Positions 39,374-50,189 of a stretch of DNA of 64,000 bases are shown one piece after another. The first letter of the stretch is position 1; each line of letters starts with the position of its first letter. The position numbers were made by a program, and so were the translations under genes. Origin of the DNA: an uncultured Candidatus Rokubacteria bacterium (GTDB taxonomy: Bacteria; Methylomirabilota; Methylomirabilia; Rokubacteriales; DASRDR01). The notes beneath the pieces are model-generated. The model had not been told where the DNA came from and ran no database searches. It worked only from the letters and a program-made list of their open reading frames with translations. The stretch covers positions 32,001-96,000 of the forward strand of contig CAVPSB010000025.1 of NCBI GenBank assembly GCA_963708025.1. The letters run 5' to 3'.

Positions 39374-40684
39374 GCGGAGGGCCCAGGGCGACGAGGTCGG
39401 AAGAGGCAGGATCGGGCTCGCGGTCTGCACGGTCTTCGGATAGACGAGCTCGAACTTCCCCTCGACCACCTGGAAGACGGCCGGGAACGCGCGCTCGTTC
39501 TGGCCCGCCATCGGGTGGCCCGGCGGGTGGAACTTCACCCCGTAGCCCTGCATGGTCCCGCCCTCGGGGATGTCCGTCTCGCGGGCGGCCTTGGCCAGCG
39601 CGTCCGGGCTCCACCCGCCGTGCTTCTGGATCGCGCGGGGCACCACGTCGGTGAACAGGATCCACAGGTTGTTGAAGCCCATGGAGACGTGAGGGGCGAT
39701 CGCCCGGACCGGGATGTCCTTCTCGAACTGGGCGTACCGCTTGACCAGCTCCTGGGTCATCTCGCCCACGCCGGGCTTGAGCTTCTTCGCGTCGAGGAGC
39801 TGGGCGGCGATGGGATCGACCGTGTGGAAGCCCTCGATGTCCTTCCCGAAGGCCTCCTGCAGCTTGTCGATCTGGCTGTGACCGGCCCCGTGACCCACGT
39901 AGGCCCGCACGCGGAGGCCCTGTTCCTTGGCCTGGCGGAGGAACAGGGCGATGTCCGGCGCGTAGCCGGTATGGAACAGCACGTCGGGCCGCGCTGCCCG
40001 CAGCTTGGTGACGAGCGAGGACAGGTCGGGGGCGTTGATCGAGTACCCTTCCTTGAGCACGATGCTCATGCCTTGCGCCTTGGCCTCCTCGTCGTTGGCC
40101 GCGGCCACCCCGGTGCCGTAGGGGCCGTCCTCGTAGATGATCGCGACCCGCAGCTCCTTCGGCTGCTTCTTGAAGCGCTCCGGCGAGTAGGAGGCGATGT
40201 ATTTGACGGAGTAGGCGCCGAACAACCCGCCGTTCGGCTGCGGGCGGAACGTGTACTGGAGGTTCCGGTCCTTCAGCACGTTGTCCGCGATGGCCGTGGT
40301 GATCCACAGGAACCGCTTCTGCTTGTCGACCTTCTCGGCCAGCGGGACGGCGTGAGCGCTCGAGTAGATGCCGGCCAGGATGTCCACCTTCTCGACGTTC
40401 ATGAGTCGCTCGGCCTCGTTGATCGCCACCTCGGCCTTGGATTGGCTGTCGCCGTCGACCTGGACGATCCGGTACTTGCCGAGCACGCCGCCCTTCTCGT
40501 TGAGGTAGTCGATGATCATCTTCGCCCCGCGCCAGCAGTTCAGCGAGCCGGCGGCGGAGAACGGGCCGGTGTGGTCGAACAGGACCCCGATCTTGATCGT
40601 CTGGGCCTGCGCGCTGGCGAAGCGTGGCCGCGCGACCACCGAGGCCGCGGCGCCGGCCAGTATCATACGGCGTGAGACGTTCAT
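39371..40684 (-). CDS. Branched-chain amino acid-type ABC substrate-binding protein (Tat signal)
   Basis: SRRMIL leader, IKIGVLFDHTGPFS, YEDGPYG. Confidence 0.9.
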   Translation of the reverse strand: MNVSRRMILAGAAASVVARPRFASAQAQTIKIGVLFDHTGPFSAAGSLNCWRGAKMIIDYLNEKGGVLGKYRIVQVDGDSQSKAEVAINEAERLMNVEKVDILAGIYSSAHAVPLAEKVDKQKRFLWITTAIADNVLKDRNLQYTFRPQPNGGLFGAYSVKYIASYSPERFKKQPKELRVAIIYEDGPYGTGVAAANDEEAKAQGMSIVLKEGYSINAPDLSSLVTKLRAARPDVLFHTGYAPDIALFLRQAKEQGLRVRAYVGHGAGHSQIDKLQEAFGKDIEGFHTVDPIAAQLLDAKKLKPGVGEMTQELVKRYAQFEKDIPVRAIAPHVSMGFNNLWILFTDVVPRAIQKHGGWSPDALAKAARETDIPEGGTMQGYGVKFHPPGHPMAGQNERAFPAVFQVVEGKFELVYPKTVQTASPILPLPTSSPWALR

Positions 40685-41033
40685 CGGCGACACCTCCTGG
40701 GCACACGGGGTGCCCGGCTGCACGGCAGCGGGTCTGCGGCGACCACCACCACACGAGCGGTCGCGCCGGGACCCACAGGGACTTCACCATACACCAACTG
40801 ACCGGGTGCCCGAAACCGGCCCCCCTCCTCCGTCACGGGGCGCCATGGGGCCGGATCCGCGCCACCATCCGAGCCTTGACGCCGCGCCGGGCCTCCTCGC
40901 GCTCGTTACCGGCGCAATGCGCTGTCTCACTTGGGACTTCGCGACGCCGACCGGATCAAGAAAGGACTGGAATCGGCGCGGCCGATGCGGTGACAATGTC
41001 TGCAGGTGCGATCCACTCGTCGGGGGTGTCGAC

Positions 41034-41351
41034 ATGCACGCACACTCTTCTGCCGCGGCCGCCGTTCTCGGTTCCGCCCAAGTCCTCGTGGCGGCGAATC
41101 ACCTCGTGTATTACTGTGAGCGCGACTTCAAGGCCAACGGGTGGCGGTGCGGGCGCTGCGAGGTCGGAATCTTCGTGCTCGCACCCGGCGAATCGCTCCC
41201 CCGACCCGGCCGGACCTGCGGCGTGTGCCAGGCGCAGGTCTGTCTGCTGAACAGTGGGGCCGACTGGCGTCGGCGGCCGCCCCTCGTCGCCGCCGTCGTC
41301 GCCCTCGTCGCCACCTGGCCGTTCCTGCTCCTCTGGGCGCTGTTCGGCTGA
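41034..41351 (+). CDS. Small Zn-ribbon protein with C-terminal TM helix
   Basis: CGRC...CGVC and a hydrophobic C-terminus. Confidence 0.55.
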   Translation: MHAHSSAAAAVLGSAQVLVAANHLVYYCERDFKANGWRCGRCEVGIFVLAPGESLPRPGRTCGVCQAQVCLLNSGADWRRRPPLVAAVVALVATWPFLLLWALFG

Positions 41352-41361
41352 TCACGACGGT

Positions 41362-41493
41362 CTAACCCTGACGACGCGGGCCCTCGACCGCGCGACCCAC
41401 CAGCACCCCGAACGCCACCCCGACCACCAGGACCAGCAGCGCCGCGACGTACCCGGTCAGCGTCCCGCCCCACGTGAACTCGTCGATCGTCAT
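41362..41493 (-). CDS. 43-aa single-TM small protein (absent from the ORF track)
   Basis: GGGGAGGAGGAGCC-ATG; MTIDEFTWGGTLTGYVAALLVLVVGVAFGVLVGRAVEGPRRQG. Confidence 0.6.
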   Translation of the reverse strand: MTIDEFTWGGTLTGYVAALLVLVVGVAFGVLVGRAVEGPRRQG

Positions 41494-41715
41494 GGCTCCT
41501 CCTCCCCGCGATTCAGCTCCTCAGGCTACCATACCGTTCGAGGCCGGCGGGATCATCGCGACGTGATCGGCCACGGGCGGCGCGGCCCCGCCCGGCGAGG
41601 AACCTGGGAAGCCCGACGTCCACTTGACGGCCCCCGTGGCGCCCCTGGCCCGGGGGTCTTCCGGGACCTCTCGGACTGGGCTAGACTGCCCCCAACCTTG
41701 AGAGGAGGGACCGAC

Positions 41716-43653
41716 ATGGGTCTCGACAGAGGACGACTGGTGATCGTTGCCATCGGGTTGCTTCTGGCCGTCGCCGTATCGGCCGGCCTGCCGGCGTCGG
41801 CCGCGGCGCAGCCCAAGTACAAGGAAGCGCCCGGGCTGGCCGAGCAGGTCAAGGCCGGCAAGCTGCCGTCGGTGGACAAGCGCCTGCCCGAGAACCCGCT
41901 CGTCGTTCCGGTCGTCGAGCGCACCGGCCAGTACGGCGGTGTCTGGCGGCGCGGCTTCCTCGGCCCCGCCGACTTCAACAACTACGTGCGCGTCGTCTAC
42001 GACGCGCTGGTCCGCTTCTCCCCGGACGGCGCCAAGATCGAGCCGAAGGTCGCGGCCGGCTGGGAGTCGTCGCCGGACTTCAAGTCGTGGACGATCAAGC
42101 TGCGCAAGGGCGCCCGGTGGTCGGACGGCGCGCCCTTCACGGCCGACGACATCGTGTTCTGGTACAAGGACGTCGTGCTGAACAAGGACCTCATGCCGGT
42201 CGTGCCGGGATGGGTGCGGAACGGCGACGGCACGCCGGCCTCCGTCGAGAAGATCGACGCCCAGACCGTCCGCTTCACCTACAAGCAGCCGGCGACGCTG
42301 TTCCTCACCGCCCTCGCCAACCAGGACGGCGGGGACCGGACCTACGCGGTCTTCCTGCCCGCCCACTACCTGAAGAAGTTCCACGTGGGCTACGCCAAGA
42401 AGGAGGAGGTGGACAAGCTCGTCCAGGCGGCGGGATTCAAGACGTGGACCGAGCTGTTCGCCTCGAGGAACGCGCCGTTCGAGAACCCCGAGCGGCCGAC
42501 GATGGCGGCGTGGGTGCCGGCGACCCGGGTCAGCGACCAGGTGTTCACGTTGCGCCGGAACCCCTACTTCGTGGGCGTGGATCCCGACGGGAACCAGCTC
42601 CCCTACCTCGACGAGGTCCGCTTCACCTTCTTCGCCGACATCCAGTCCCTCAACCTGGCCGCGATCGCCGGCGAGCTCGACATGCAAGAGCGGCACATCC
42701 AGATGACCAACTACCCCGTCTTCAAGGAGAACGAGAAGAACGGGAAGTACCGGGTCATCACCTGGCCGACCTTCGGGGGCTCGGACGCGGTGGTCGCCTT
42801 CAACCAGTCCTACAAGGCCGACCCGGAGCTGGCCAAGCTGCTCGCCTCCAAGGAGTTCCGGATCGCGCTCTCCTACGCCGTCAACCGGGACCAGATCAAG
42901 GAGTCGGTCTTCCTCGGTCTGGGCGAGCCCCGGCAGGCGATTCCCGCGCCGTGGCACCCCTACTTCCCGGGTGACGAGTGGGCGAAGAAGTACACGCAAT
43001 TCAAGCCCGACGAGGCCAACAAGATGCTGGACGCCCTCGGGCTCTCGAAGAAGGACGGCCAGGGCCTCCGGCTGATGCCGACCGGCAAGCCGGTGACGCT
43101 GGAGCTCTCCGTGGTGCCGAACTTCGCCGCCTGGCCCGACGTGGCCCAGCTGGTGGCCAAGGACTGGGAGAAGGTCGGGGTCAAGGTGATCGTCCAGATC
43201 CGCGAGCGCGCGCTCCACTTCAAGATGCGCGACGCCAACGAGCTGCAGACGGAGATGTGGAACGAGGACACCACCGCCTTCCCCTTCACCGGCAACGCCA
43301 AGGTCGACCCCCGCAACTCCCCGATCCTGACCCTGGGGCCGCTCTTCGCGCAGTGGGCCCAGACCAAGGGCAAGGAGGGCATGGAGCCGCCGGCACCGAT
43401 CAAGAGGATCATGGAGCTCGTGGACACCGCCCGGACGGTCGGCCCCGATGGGCAGGTCAAGGCCGCCCAGGAGATCTTCCGGATCTGGGCCGACCAGGTC
43501 TACGAGATCGGGACGGTGGGCCTGACCCCGATGGTCCAGGGGGTGGTCGTGGCCGGAACGCGGTTCCACAACGTGCCGAAGACTCTCGGGAACGACTGGC
43601 CGCTCCGGAGCCCGGGCAACGCCCGCACCGAGCAGTTCTTCCTCGCCAGATAG
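41716..43653 (+). CDS. Family 5 (peptide/nickel-type) ABC substrate-binding protein
   Basis: GAGGAGG RBS, signal peptide, KLPSVDKRLPENP, WSDGAPFTADDI, GNQLPYLDE. Confidence 0.92.
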   Translation: MGLDRGRLVIVAIGLLLAVAVSAGLPASAAAQPKYKEAPGLAEQVKAGKLPSVDKRLPENPLVVPVVERTGQYGGVWRRGFLGPADFNNYVRVVYDALVRFSPDGAKIEPKVAAGWESSPDFKSWTIKLRKGARWSDGAPFTADDIVFWYKDVVLNKDLMPVVPGWVRNGDGTPASVEKIDAQTVRFTYKQPATLFLTALANQDGGDRTYAVFLPAHYLKKFHVGYAKKEEVDKLVQAAGFKTWTELFASRNAPFENPERPTMAAWVPATRVSDQVFTLRRNPYFVGVDPDGNQLPYLDEVRFTFFADIQSLNLAAIAGELDMQERHIQMTNYPVFKENEKNGKYRVITWPTFGGSDAVVAFNQSYKADPELAKLLASKEFRIALSYAVNRDQIKESVFLGLGEPRQAIPAPWHPYFPGDEWAKKYTQFKPDEANKMLDALGLSKKDGQGLRLMPTGKPVTLELSVVPNFAAWPDVAQLVAKDWEKVGVKVIVQIRERALHFKMRDANELQTEMWNEDTTAFPFTGNAKVDPRNSPILTLGPLFAQWAQTKGKEGMEPPAPIKRIMELVDTARTVGPDGQVKAAQEIFRIWADQVYEIGTVGLTPMVQGVVVAGTRFHNVPKTLGNDWPLRSPGNARTEQFFLAR

Positions 43654-43886
43654 CCACCGGAGGGGGCCCACTGGACGAACGGTGGGTCCCCTCCGATACC
43701 ATCTCCCAGGGAGAGGCAGGTCGGCCGGCACCGCGCCCCTGGCGCGGGTGGCCGAAATGGTCTGCCCTCACCCCCCGGTTCCGGGCGGTCGGGGTGAGGC
43801 CGAGCGCGGGGCGCGCGCCTTCCTCTCCGCCGGGGCGTATCATGGCACCGATGGTGGATCAACGAACCACGGGGAAGGAGCCACCC

Positions 43887-44105
43887 ATGGCCCCGACGAT
43901 CATCGATTGGGATGGCCGCAAGATGCCGGACCAGCTGCGTGATCTCCCGCCCGGCCGGTACCTGGTCGAGCCCCTGGACGAGGTGAGCTTGACACCGGGC
44001 GAGGAGGCCGGGATCATAGCGGCTCTCGACGCCCTCGACGCCGGTCGCGGGTTGTCTCTCGCCGACGTCGTGAGTCAGCTCCGCGGGGACCAAAGGCGCC
44101 GATGA
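43887..44105 (+). CDS. Putative antitoxin
   Basis: AAGGAG RBS; 72 aa; ATGA overlap with the ParE-like gene. Confidence 0.6.
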   Translation: MAPTIIDWDGRKMPDQLRDLPPGRYLVEPLDEVSLTPGEEAGIIAALDALDAGRGLSLADVVSQLRGDQRRR

Positions 44106-44386
44106 CCGTCGTCGTCTCGCCTCAAGCGCGAGACGACATCGGTCAGGCCTATCGCCATCCCGCGGAAGAGAACGTCGAGGCCGCCGACCACTTCCTGGCT
44201 CACATCGCCGAGATTGTCGGGTTGCTTGCTGCTGGCGGAGTCGAAGGCCGTTTCGTTCGCCTCGGCGATGGCCGCACCGTGCAGACCTGGCCGATCCCGC
44301 CCTACCGACTCTACTACCGGAAGTCTCCGGACACGTTCCAGGTTGTCCGGCTGTATCATCAGGCCCGTCAACCGATCGAGAGATGA
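44102..44386 (+). CDS. RelE/ParE-family toxin
   Basis: VVVSPQARDDI...AADHF...PYRLYYR...VVRLYHQAR. Confidence 0.75.
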   Translation: MTVVVSPQARDDIGQAYRHPAEENVEAADHFLAHIAEIVGLLAAGGVEGRFVRLGDGRTVQTWPIPPYRLYYRKSPDTFQVVRLYHQARQPIER

Positions 44387-44478
44387 GTGACGGTCGCAGT
44401 GCGGCCGACTACTATCGTGACTCCGAAGATGCTGAACCTGTGCCTGACGCGGGTGGGCGCCGCCCGGACTGATCGACG

Positions 44479-45465
44479 ATGACGCGATATGTCCTCCAGC
44501 GGCTCGTCCTCCTGCCCGTCCTGCTCTTCGTCTTCTCGGTCACCGTCTTCGCGATCGTCCAGGCGCCGCCCGGCGACTTCCTGACCGCGTACACGGCGAC
44601 GCTGGCGTCGTCCGGCACCTCGATCAACGCCGAGCAGCTCGAGGCCCTCCGGCGGGAGTACGGGCTCGACCAGCCGATGTACGTGCAGTACCTCAAGTGG
44701 ATGGCCAACCTCCTGCGGGGGAACCTCGGCCTGTCCCTCGAGTACCAGCGCCCGAACACCGAGCTGATCGGGGAGCGGCTGGTGCTGACCGTGATGCTGG
44801 CGCTCCTGTCGTTCGTCTTCACCTGGCTCGTCGCCGTCCCGGCCGGGATCTACTCCGCCACCCACCAGCGGTCGCTCCTCGACTACGTCCTCACGGTGCT
44901 GAACTACGTCGGCGTCGCGACGCCGAACTTCATGCTGGCGCTGATCCTGATGTGGGGCGCCTTCGCGTACTTCGGCATCGGCATCACCGGGCTGTTCTCG
45001 TCCGAGTTCGTCGAGGCGCCGTGGAGCCTGGCCCGCGTGCTCGACCTGCTGAAGCACATCTGGCTGCCGTCGGTCGTCCTGGGCGTCGCGGGGACGGCCC
45101 GGCTCACCCGGGTGATGCGGGCGAACCTCCTCGACGAGCTGAACAAGCCCTACGTCACCACGGCCCGGGCCAAGGGGCTCTCCGAGTGGCGGCTGGTGCT
45201 CCGCTACCCCGTGCGGCTCGCCCTCAACCCGCTGGTGAGCACGATCGGCTGGTACCTTCCCGCGCTCTTCTCCGGCAGCCTGATCGTCGCGACCGTCATG
45301 AACCTGCCCAACATCGGGCCGCTCCTGCTGCGGGCGCTGATCAACCAGGACATGTACCTGGCCGGCAGCATCCTGCTGATCTACTGCTTCCTGACCATCA
45401 TCGGCACCCTCGTCTCCGACGTCCTGCTGGCCTGGCTGGATCCCCGCATCCGGATGGAAGGCTAG
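44479..45465 (+). CDS. Peptide ABC permease (OppB/DppB-like)
   Basis: PPGDF, YGLDQP, YVTTARAKGL. Confidence 0.92.
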   Translation: MTRYVLQRLVLLPVLLFVFSVTVFAIVQAPPGDFLTAYTATLASSGTSINAEQLEALRREYGLDQPMYVQYLKWMANLLRGNLGLSLEYQRPNTELIGERLVLTVMLALLSFVFTWLVAVPAGIYSATHQRSLLDYVLTVLNYVGVATPNFMLALILMWGAFAYFGIGITGLFSSEFVEAPWSLARVLDLLKHIWLPSVVLGVAGTARLTRVMRANLLDELNKPYVTTARAKGLSEWRLVLRYPVRLALNPLVSTIGWYLPALFSGSLIVATVMNLPNIGPLLLRALINQDMYLAGSILLIYCFLTIIGTLVSDVLLAWLDPRIRMEG

Positions 45466-45680
45466 GGGGGCGGGGCCGATGAGCTTCGCAACATCGATCT
45501 CGGTCGGGACGCGCGCGGCCTACGGCGATCGGACGGCCTTCGGCCTTTGGGCGTCCGTCCCGACCTCTGGGTCGTTGCCGATCCTCGGCGTACTCGGAGT
45601 ACGCCTGCGGTCGGCAACTCCCTGCGTCCATTGGACGGCCTCCGGCCTGTGGGCGCTGCTCGCTCCTCGGCCCCGCCCCC
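45466..45680 (+). repeat. Structured MITE-like repeat (copy 2, with two hairpin inserts)
   Basis: 14-bp terminal inverted repeats GGGGGCGGGGCCGA/TCGGCCCCGCCCCC directly after TAG. Confidence 0.85.
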
Positions 45681-45728
45681 GAGGACTCGACCTGTCGGCC
45701 ATGCCGTGGCATTTCGACGGGCGCTGAC

Positions 45729-46900
45729 GTGACACCGACGCGTCCCCGAGCGTGAGCCCACGGAGGCGGCGGCGGTTGACGTTCTCGACGAGCCGCTGGC
45801 GGCGTCGGCGGCCGAGGACCGGATCTCGGTCGCGTCGAACTGGACCCTGGTCTGGTGGCGCTTCCGCAAGCACCGCCTGGCCCTCGCGAGCGCGGCCGCG
45901 CTCCTCGCCCTCTACGCGGTCGTTCTCTGTCCGGACGTCTTCAGCACGCAGGACCCCGAGGCGACGGAGGCCCGGCTGGCCTTCATCCCGATCCAGCGCC
46001 TGCACCTCCTCGACGGCTGGCGGTGGAGCCCCTGGGTTCCGGCGATCACCGGGAAGCGGAACCCGACGACGCTCCGCATGGAGTGGCAGGTGGATCCCGG
46101 GCGGAAGGTCCACGTGGCGTTCTTCGCCCCCGGGTACCCGTACCGGGTGCTCGGCCTGTTCCCGGCCAGCCGGCACCTGGTGGGCGTCGGCCGACGGGGC
46201 CGGCGAGCGCGTTCACCTCCTCGGGACCGACCGGCTGGGGCGGGACCAGTGGTCGCGCCTCATGCACGGCACCCAGACGTCCATGACGATCGGCCTGGTC
46301 GCCGTGACCCTGAGCGTCGTGCTTGGAGTGCTGCTGGGTGGCATCTCCGGTTACTTCGGCGGGTTGCCCGACCTGGTGATCCAGCGGATGATCGAGCTGC
46401 TGCAGTCGCTCCCGACGATCCCGATCTGGCTCGCGCTCACCGCGGCGCTGCCGCGCCACTGGTCCCCGCCCCAGGTGTTCTTCGCGATCACCGTCATCCT
46501 GTCCCTGGTGGGCTGGACGACACTGGGGCGCGAGGTGCGGGGACGGTTCCTGGCGCTTCGCGAGGAGGACTTCGTGCTGGCCGCCGAGCTGGCCGGGGCC
46601 AGCCGGCCCCGGATCATCCGCCGCCACATGGTCCCCACCTTCCTCAGCCACATCATCGCGACCAGCACGCTGGCCGTCCCGGCCATGATCATCAACGAGA
46701 CCTCGCTCTCCTTCCTGGGGCTCGGGCTGCGCCCGCCCGCCATCAGCTGGGGCGTGCTCCTCCAGGAGGCGCAGAACATCCAGACGGTGGCGCTGGCCCC
46801 CTGGCTCCTGACCCCGGGGCTCGTCGTCATCGTGTCGGTTCTCGCGTTCAACCTCGTGGGCGATGGCCTCCGGGATGCCGCCGATCCCTACTCCCACTGA
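45729..46900 (+). CDS. Peptide ABC permease (OppC/DppC-like); frameshifts near 45743 and 46190
   Basis: [41 protein letters not shown]. Confidence 0.88.
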
Positions 46901-47969
46901 CGGCGGGCCGGCCACCCCCCTCCTGTCCGTTCAGGACCTGCACGTCACCTTCGCCATGGACGAGGGGACCGTCAGGGCGGTGGACGGCGTCAGCTTCGAC
47001 GTGTTCCCGAGCCAGGTGGTCGGGATCGTCGGCGAGAGCGGCTGCGGCAAGTCCGTCACGATGAAGGCCGTGCTGCAGATCGTCGAGCCGCCGGGCCGGA
47101 TCGTCGGGGGCCGGATCCTCTTCCGGCAGCGCCCGGGTCCGGGCGCCGCCGGGGCCGGGGCGGACGGGGTCGTCGACCTGACCCGGCTGCCGTCCCGGGG
47201 CCCGGCGATGCGCGCCATCCGGGGCGCCGAGATCGCCCTGATCCCGCAGGAGCCGATGGCCGCGTTCAGCCCGGTCCACACCGTCGGGGACCAGATCGTC
47301 GAGGCCATCCGGCTGCACTGGCGGCAGTGGCGGCCGGAGGGCCCACCGCTCTCCCGCCGCGAGGCCCGCCAGATCACCGCCGACCTGTTCCGCGACGTCG
47401 GTATCTCGATGCCGGCCGAGCGCCTCGACGCCTACTCGTGGCAGCTCTCCGGCGGGCTCCGCCAGCGGGCGATGATCGCCATGGCGCTCTCCTGCAAGCC
47501 ACGGCTCCTGATCGCCGACGAGCCGACGACGGCGATCGACGTCACCACCCAGGCCCAGGTCCTGAACCTCCTGCGGGAGCTGGGACGCAAGCACCGGACC
47601 GCCATCATCTTCATCACGCACGACCTGGGCGTCATCGCCCAGATCGCCCACCACGTGGTGGTGATGTACCTGGGCCGCGTCATGGAGCAGGGCCCGGTGG
47701 AGGCGATCTTCCACGCGGCCCGGCACCCGTACACGCGCGCCCTGCTGCGCTCGATCCCGACCCTCCAGGTCACCCCCCGGGTGCCGCTGCCGATCATCAG
47801 CGGCTCCATCCCGCACCCGTTCAACCGGCCGCCCGGGTGCCCCTTCCATCCCCGCTGTCCCGACGTCATCCGGGGGGTCTGCGACCGCCGGGTTCCCGCT
47901 TCCGGGCCGGTCGGCGAGCGGCAGTCGGTGAGCTGCTTTCTCTACCACGACGTCGAGGCCGCGTCGTGA
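46875..47969 (+). CDS. Peptide ABC ATP-binding protein (OppD-like)
   Basis: [31 protein letters not shown]. Confidence 0.92.
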   Translation: MPPIPTPTDGGPATPLLSVQDLHVTFAMDEGTVRAVDGVSFDVFPSQVVGIVGESGCGKSVTMKAVLQIVEPPGRIVGGRILFRQRPGPGAAGAGADGVVDLTRLPSRGPAMRAIRGAEIALIPQEPMAAFSPVHTVGDQIVEAIRLHWRQWRPEGPPLSRREARQITADLFRDVGISMPAERLDAYSWQLSGGLRQRAMIAMALSCKPRLLIADEPTTAIDVTTQAQVLNLLRELGRKHRTAIIFITHDLGVIAQIAHHVVVMYLGRVMEQGPVEAIFHAARHPYTRALLRSIPTLQVTPRVPLPIISGSIPHPFNRPPGCPFHPRCPDVIRGVCDRRVPASGPVGERQSVSCFLYHDVEAAS

Positions 47970-49031
47970 CGGGGCCGGGCGACGTCCCCGGCGTCGCAGC
48001 GGCCCCCCTCCTCGACGTCCGCAACCTCCGGAAGTTCTTCCCCATCCAGAAGGGCTTCGCCCGCCGGGTGGTCGGCCAGGTCCGGGCGGTCGACGACGTG
48101 AGCTTCGCGATCCAGGAGGGGGAGACGCTGGGCCTGGTCGGCGAGAGCGGCTGCGGCAAGACGACGACGGCGCGCTGCATCCTGCGGGCGATGGCGCCGT
48201 CGAGCGGCGAAATCCTCTTCCGGACCCGCGACGGCGCCGTGGTCGACCTGGCCCCGCTGTCCCGGAAGGCGCTGCGGCCGCTTCCGGCCCCAGATCCAGA
48301 TGATCTTCCAGGACCCGTTCGGCTCGCTCAACCCGCGCATGACGCTCTTCGACAACGTCGGCGAGCCGCTCCTGGTCAACGGGCTCCGCGACCGCCGGGC
48401 GCGCCGGGACCGGGTGGCGGAGCTCCTGCGCCTGGTGGGGCTGCGCCCCGAGTACCTCTACCGCTTCCCCCACGCCTTCAGCGGGGGCCAGCGCCAGCGC
48501 ATCGGCATCGCCCGCGCCCTGGCCACGGAGCCCCGGCTCGTGGTCGCCGACGAGCCGGTGTCGGCGCTGGACGTCTCGGTGCAGGCGCAGGTGCTCAACC
48601 TGCTCCTGGAGCTCCAGCAGCGGCTTCACCTGACCTACCTCTTCGTGGCCCACGACCTCTCGGTGGTCAAGCACATCAGCGATCGGGTGGCCGTCATGTA
48701 CGTCGGGCAGCTCGTGGAGCTGGCCCCGGCGGCGTCCATCTTCCGCCGTCCGCGGCATCCCTACACGGCGGCGTTGATGAAGGCGGTGCCGATCCCCGAT
48801 CCCCGCCTGCCGAGCGGCGACGTGGCCCTCCGGGGCGAGGTGGCCAGCCCGGCCCATCCGCCGGCCGGCTGCTACTTCCACCCGCGGTGCCCGTTCGTGG
48901 AGGACGTCTGCCGGACGGAGCCCCCGCCGCTCCGCCCGGTGGCGCCCGACCACCTCGTCCGGTGCCACCGCGCGGACGAGCTGACCCTGGACGGCGTCGA
49001 TGTCGGGGTCGGGCGACCGGGGACTCCATGA
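47966..49031 (+). CDS. Peptide ABC ATP-binding protein (OppF-like); frameshift near 48282
   Basis: GESGCGKT, then [24 protein letters not shown]. Confidence 0.9.
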
Positions 49032-49064
49032 CCCGTCGAGCCCGAGCGGAAGGAGGCTGACCTC

Positions 49065-49970
49065 GTGGAATCGCTGAAGCCGAACCCGGACGTCTACCTG
49101 ATGGACGCGAAGCCGGACACCCGACCCATGCTGACGGTGCGACCCGGCGAGGTCGTCACCGTGGAGGTGCGCGAGGGCCTCACGGGCATCCGGGACCCCG
49201 CGCGGCTGCCGACCCCGTTCACCGACGAGGCGGTGGGCCATCCCCTGGGGCAGATCACCGGGCCGATCGTCGTGGAGGGGGCGCAGCCGGGCGACTCGCT
49301 CCGGGTCGACCTGCTGGCGATCGACGTCGGATCGGAGGGGGTGACGGTGGTCATGCGGAATTACGGGTTCCTGCCCGCGGAGTTCCCCGGGCCCGCCGTC
49401 CGCGTCTCGCGGATCGCCGACGGGCAGATCCACTTCGGCGCGGTGCGCATCCCCATCCGCCCGTCGCTCGGCACCCTCGCCACCATGCCCGTCGTGCTCG
49501 ACCACTTCGGCTTCGCCGGCCCCCACGGCGGCGACCTCGACCAGAACGAGCTGCGGGCCGGTACGGCCTGCCACCTGCCGGTGTTCGTCCCCGGCGCCCT
49601 CCTCTTCCTCGCCGACCCCCACGCCATCATCGGCGACGGGATCGCGTGCGGCACCGGGCTCGAGTGCGACGCCACCGTGACGCTGCGGGTGACCCTCGAG
49701 CGACCCGCGTTCCTCGACCGGCCGGTGATCGAGACGCCGGACACGCTCCAGGTGGTGGGGACGGGGCCCACCCTCGAGGAGGCGTGCCGGGACGCGATCC
49801 GCGGCGCCATCCGGGTGATCACCCGCGCCACCGGACTCCTCCCCGACGAGGCGTACATGCTGGCCTCGCTGGTCGGGGACTTCAAGATCGGCACCTCGCC
49901 GCGGCCGGTGATGGCCGTACGGATCGTCCTGCCCAAGGCGGTGCTGGCGCAGCGGGGCCGCGACATCTGA
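49065..49970 (+). CDS. Acetamidase/formamidase family protein
   Basis: TGPIVVEGAQPGD, PHGGDLD, LPVFVPGALL, DPHA..GDG..CGTGLE. Confidence 0.85.
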   Translation: MESLKPNPDVYLMDAKPDTRPMLTVRPGEVVTVEVREGLTGIRDPARLPTPFTDEAVGHPLGQITGPIVVEGAQPGDSLRVDLLAIDVGSEGVTVVMRNYGFLPAEFPGPAVRVSRIADGQIHFGAVRIPIRPSLGTLATMPVVLDHFGFAGPHGGDLDQNELRAGTACHLPVFVPGALLFLADPHAIIGDGIACGTGLECDATVTLRVTLERPAFLDRPVIETPDTLQVVGTGPTLEEACRDAIRGAIRVITRATGLLPDEAYMLASLVGDFKIGTSPRPVMAVRIVLPKAVLAQRGRDI

Positions 49971-50189
49971 GAACCTCGAAGCGGAACGCCACGGCCGCGC
50001 GGCGAGAGCCAGAGGGGTCGCCAGAAACCGATGGGTCGCTCGGAATGGGGGAGTCGCCGCCATTTCTTCGCGGCCTCTCCCCTGTTCCCTCTTGCCGACA
50101 GCGCCTTCCTCGGCTATAGCTGGAGGTTGACGCTCGGTCTCGGGGCGTACCGGCTCGACCCGATCGACTCGGATGAGGAGGGTGGTGGC

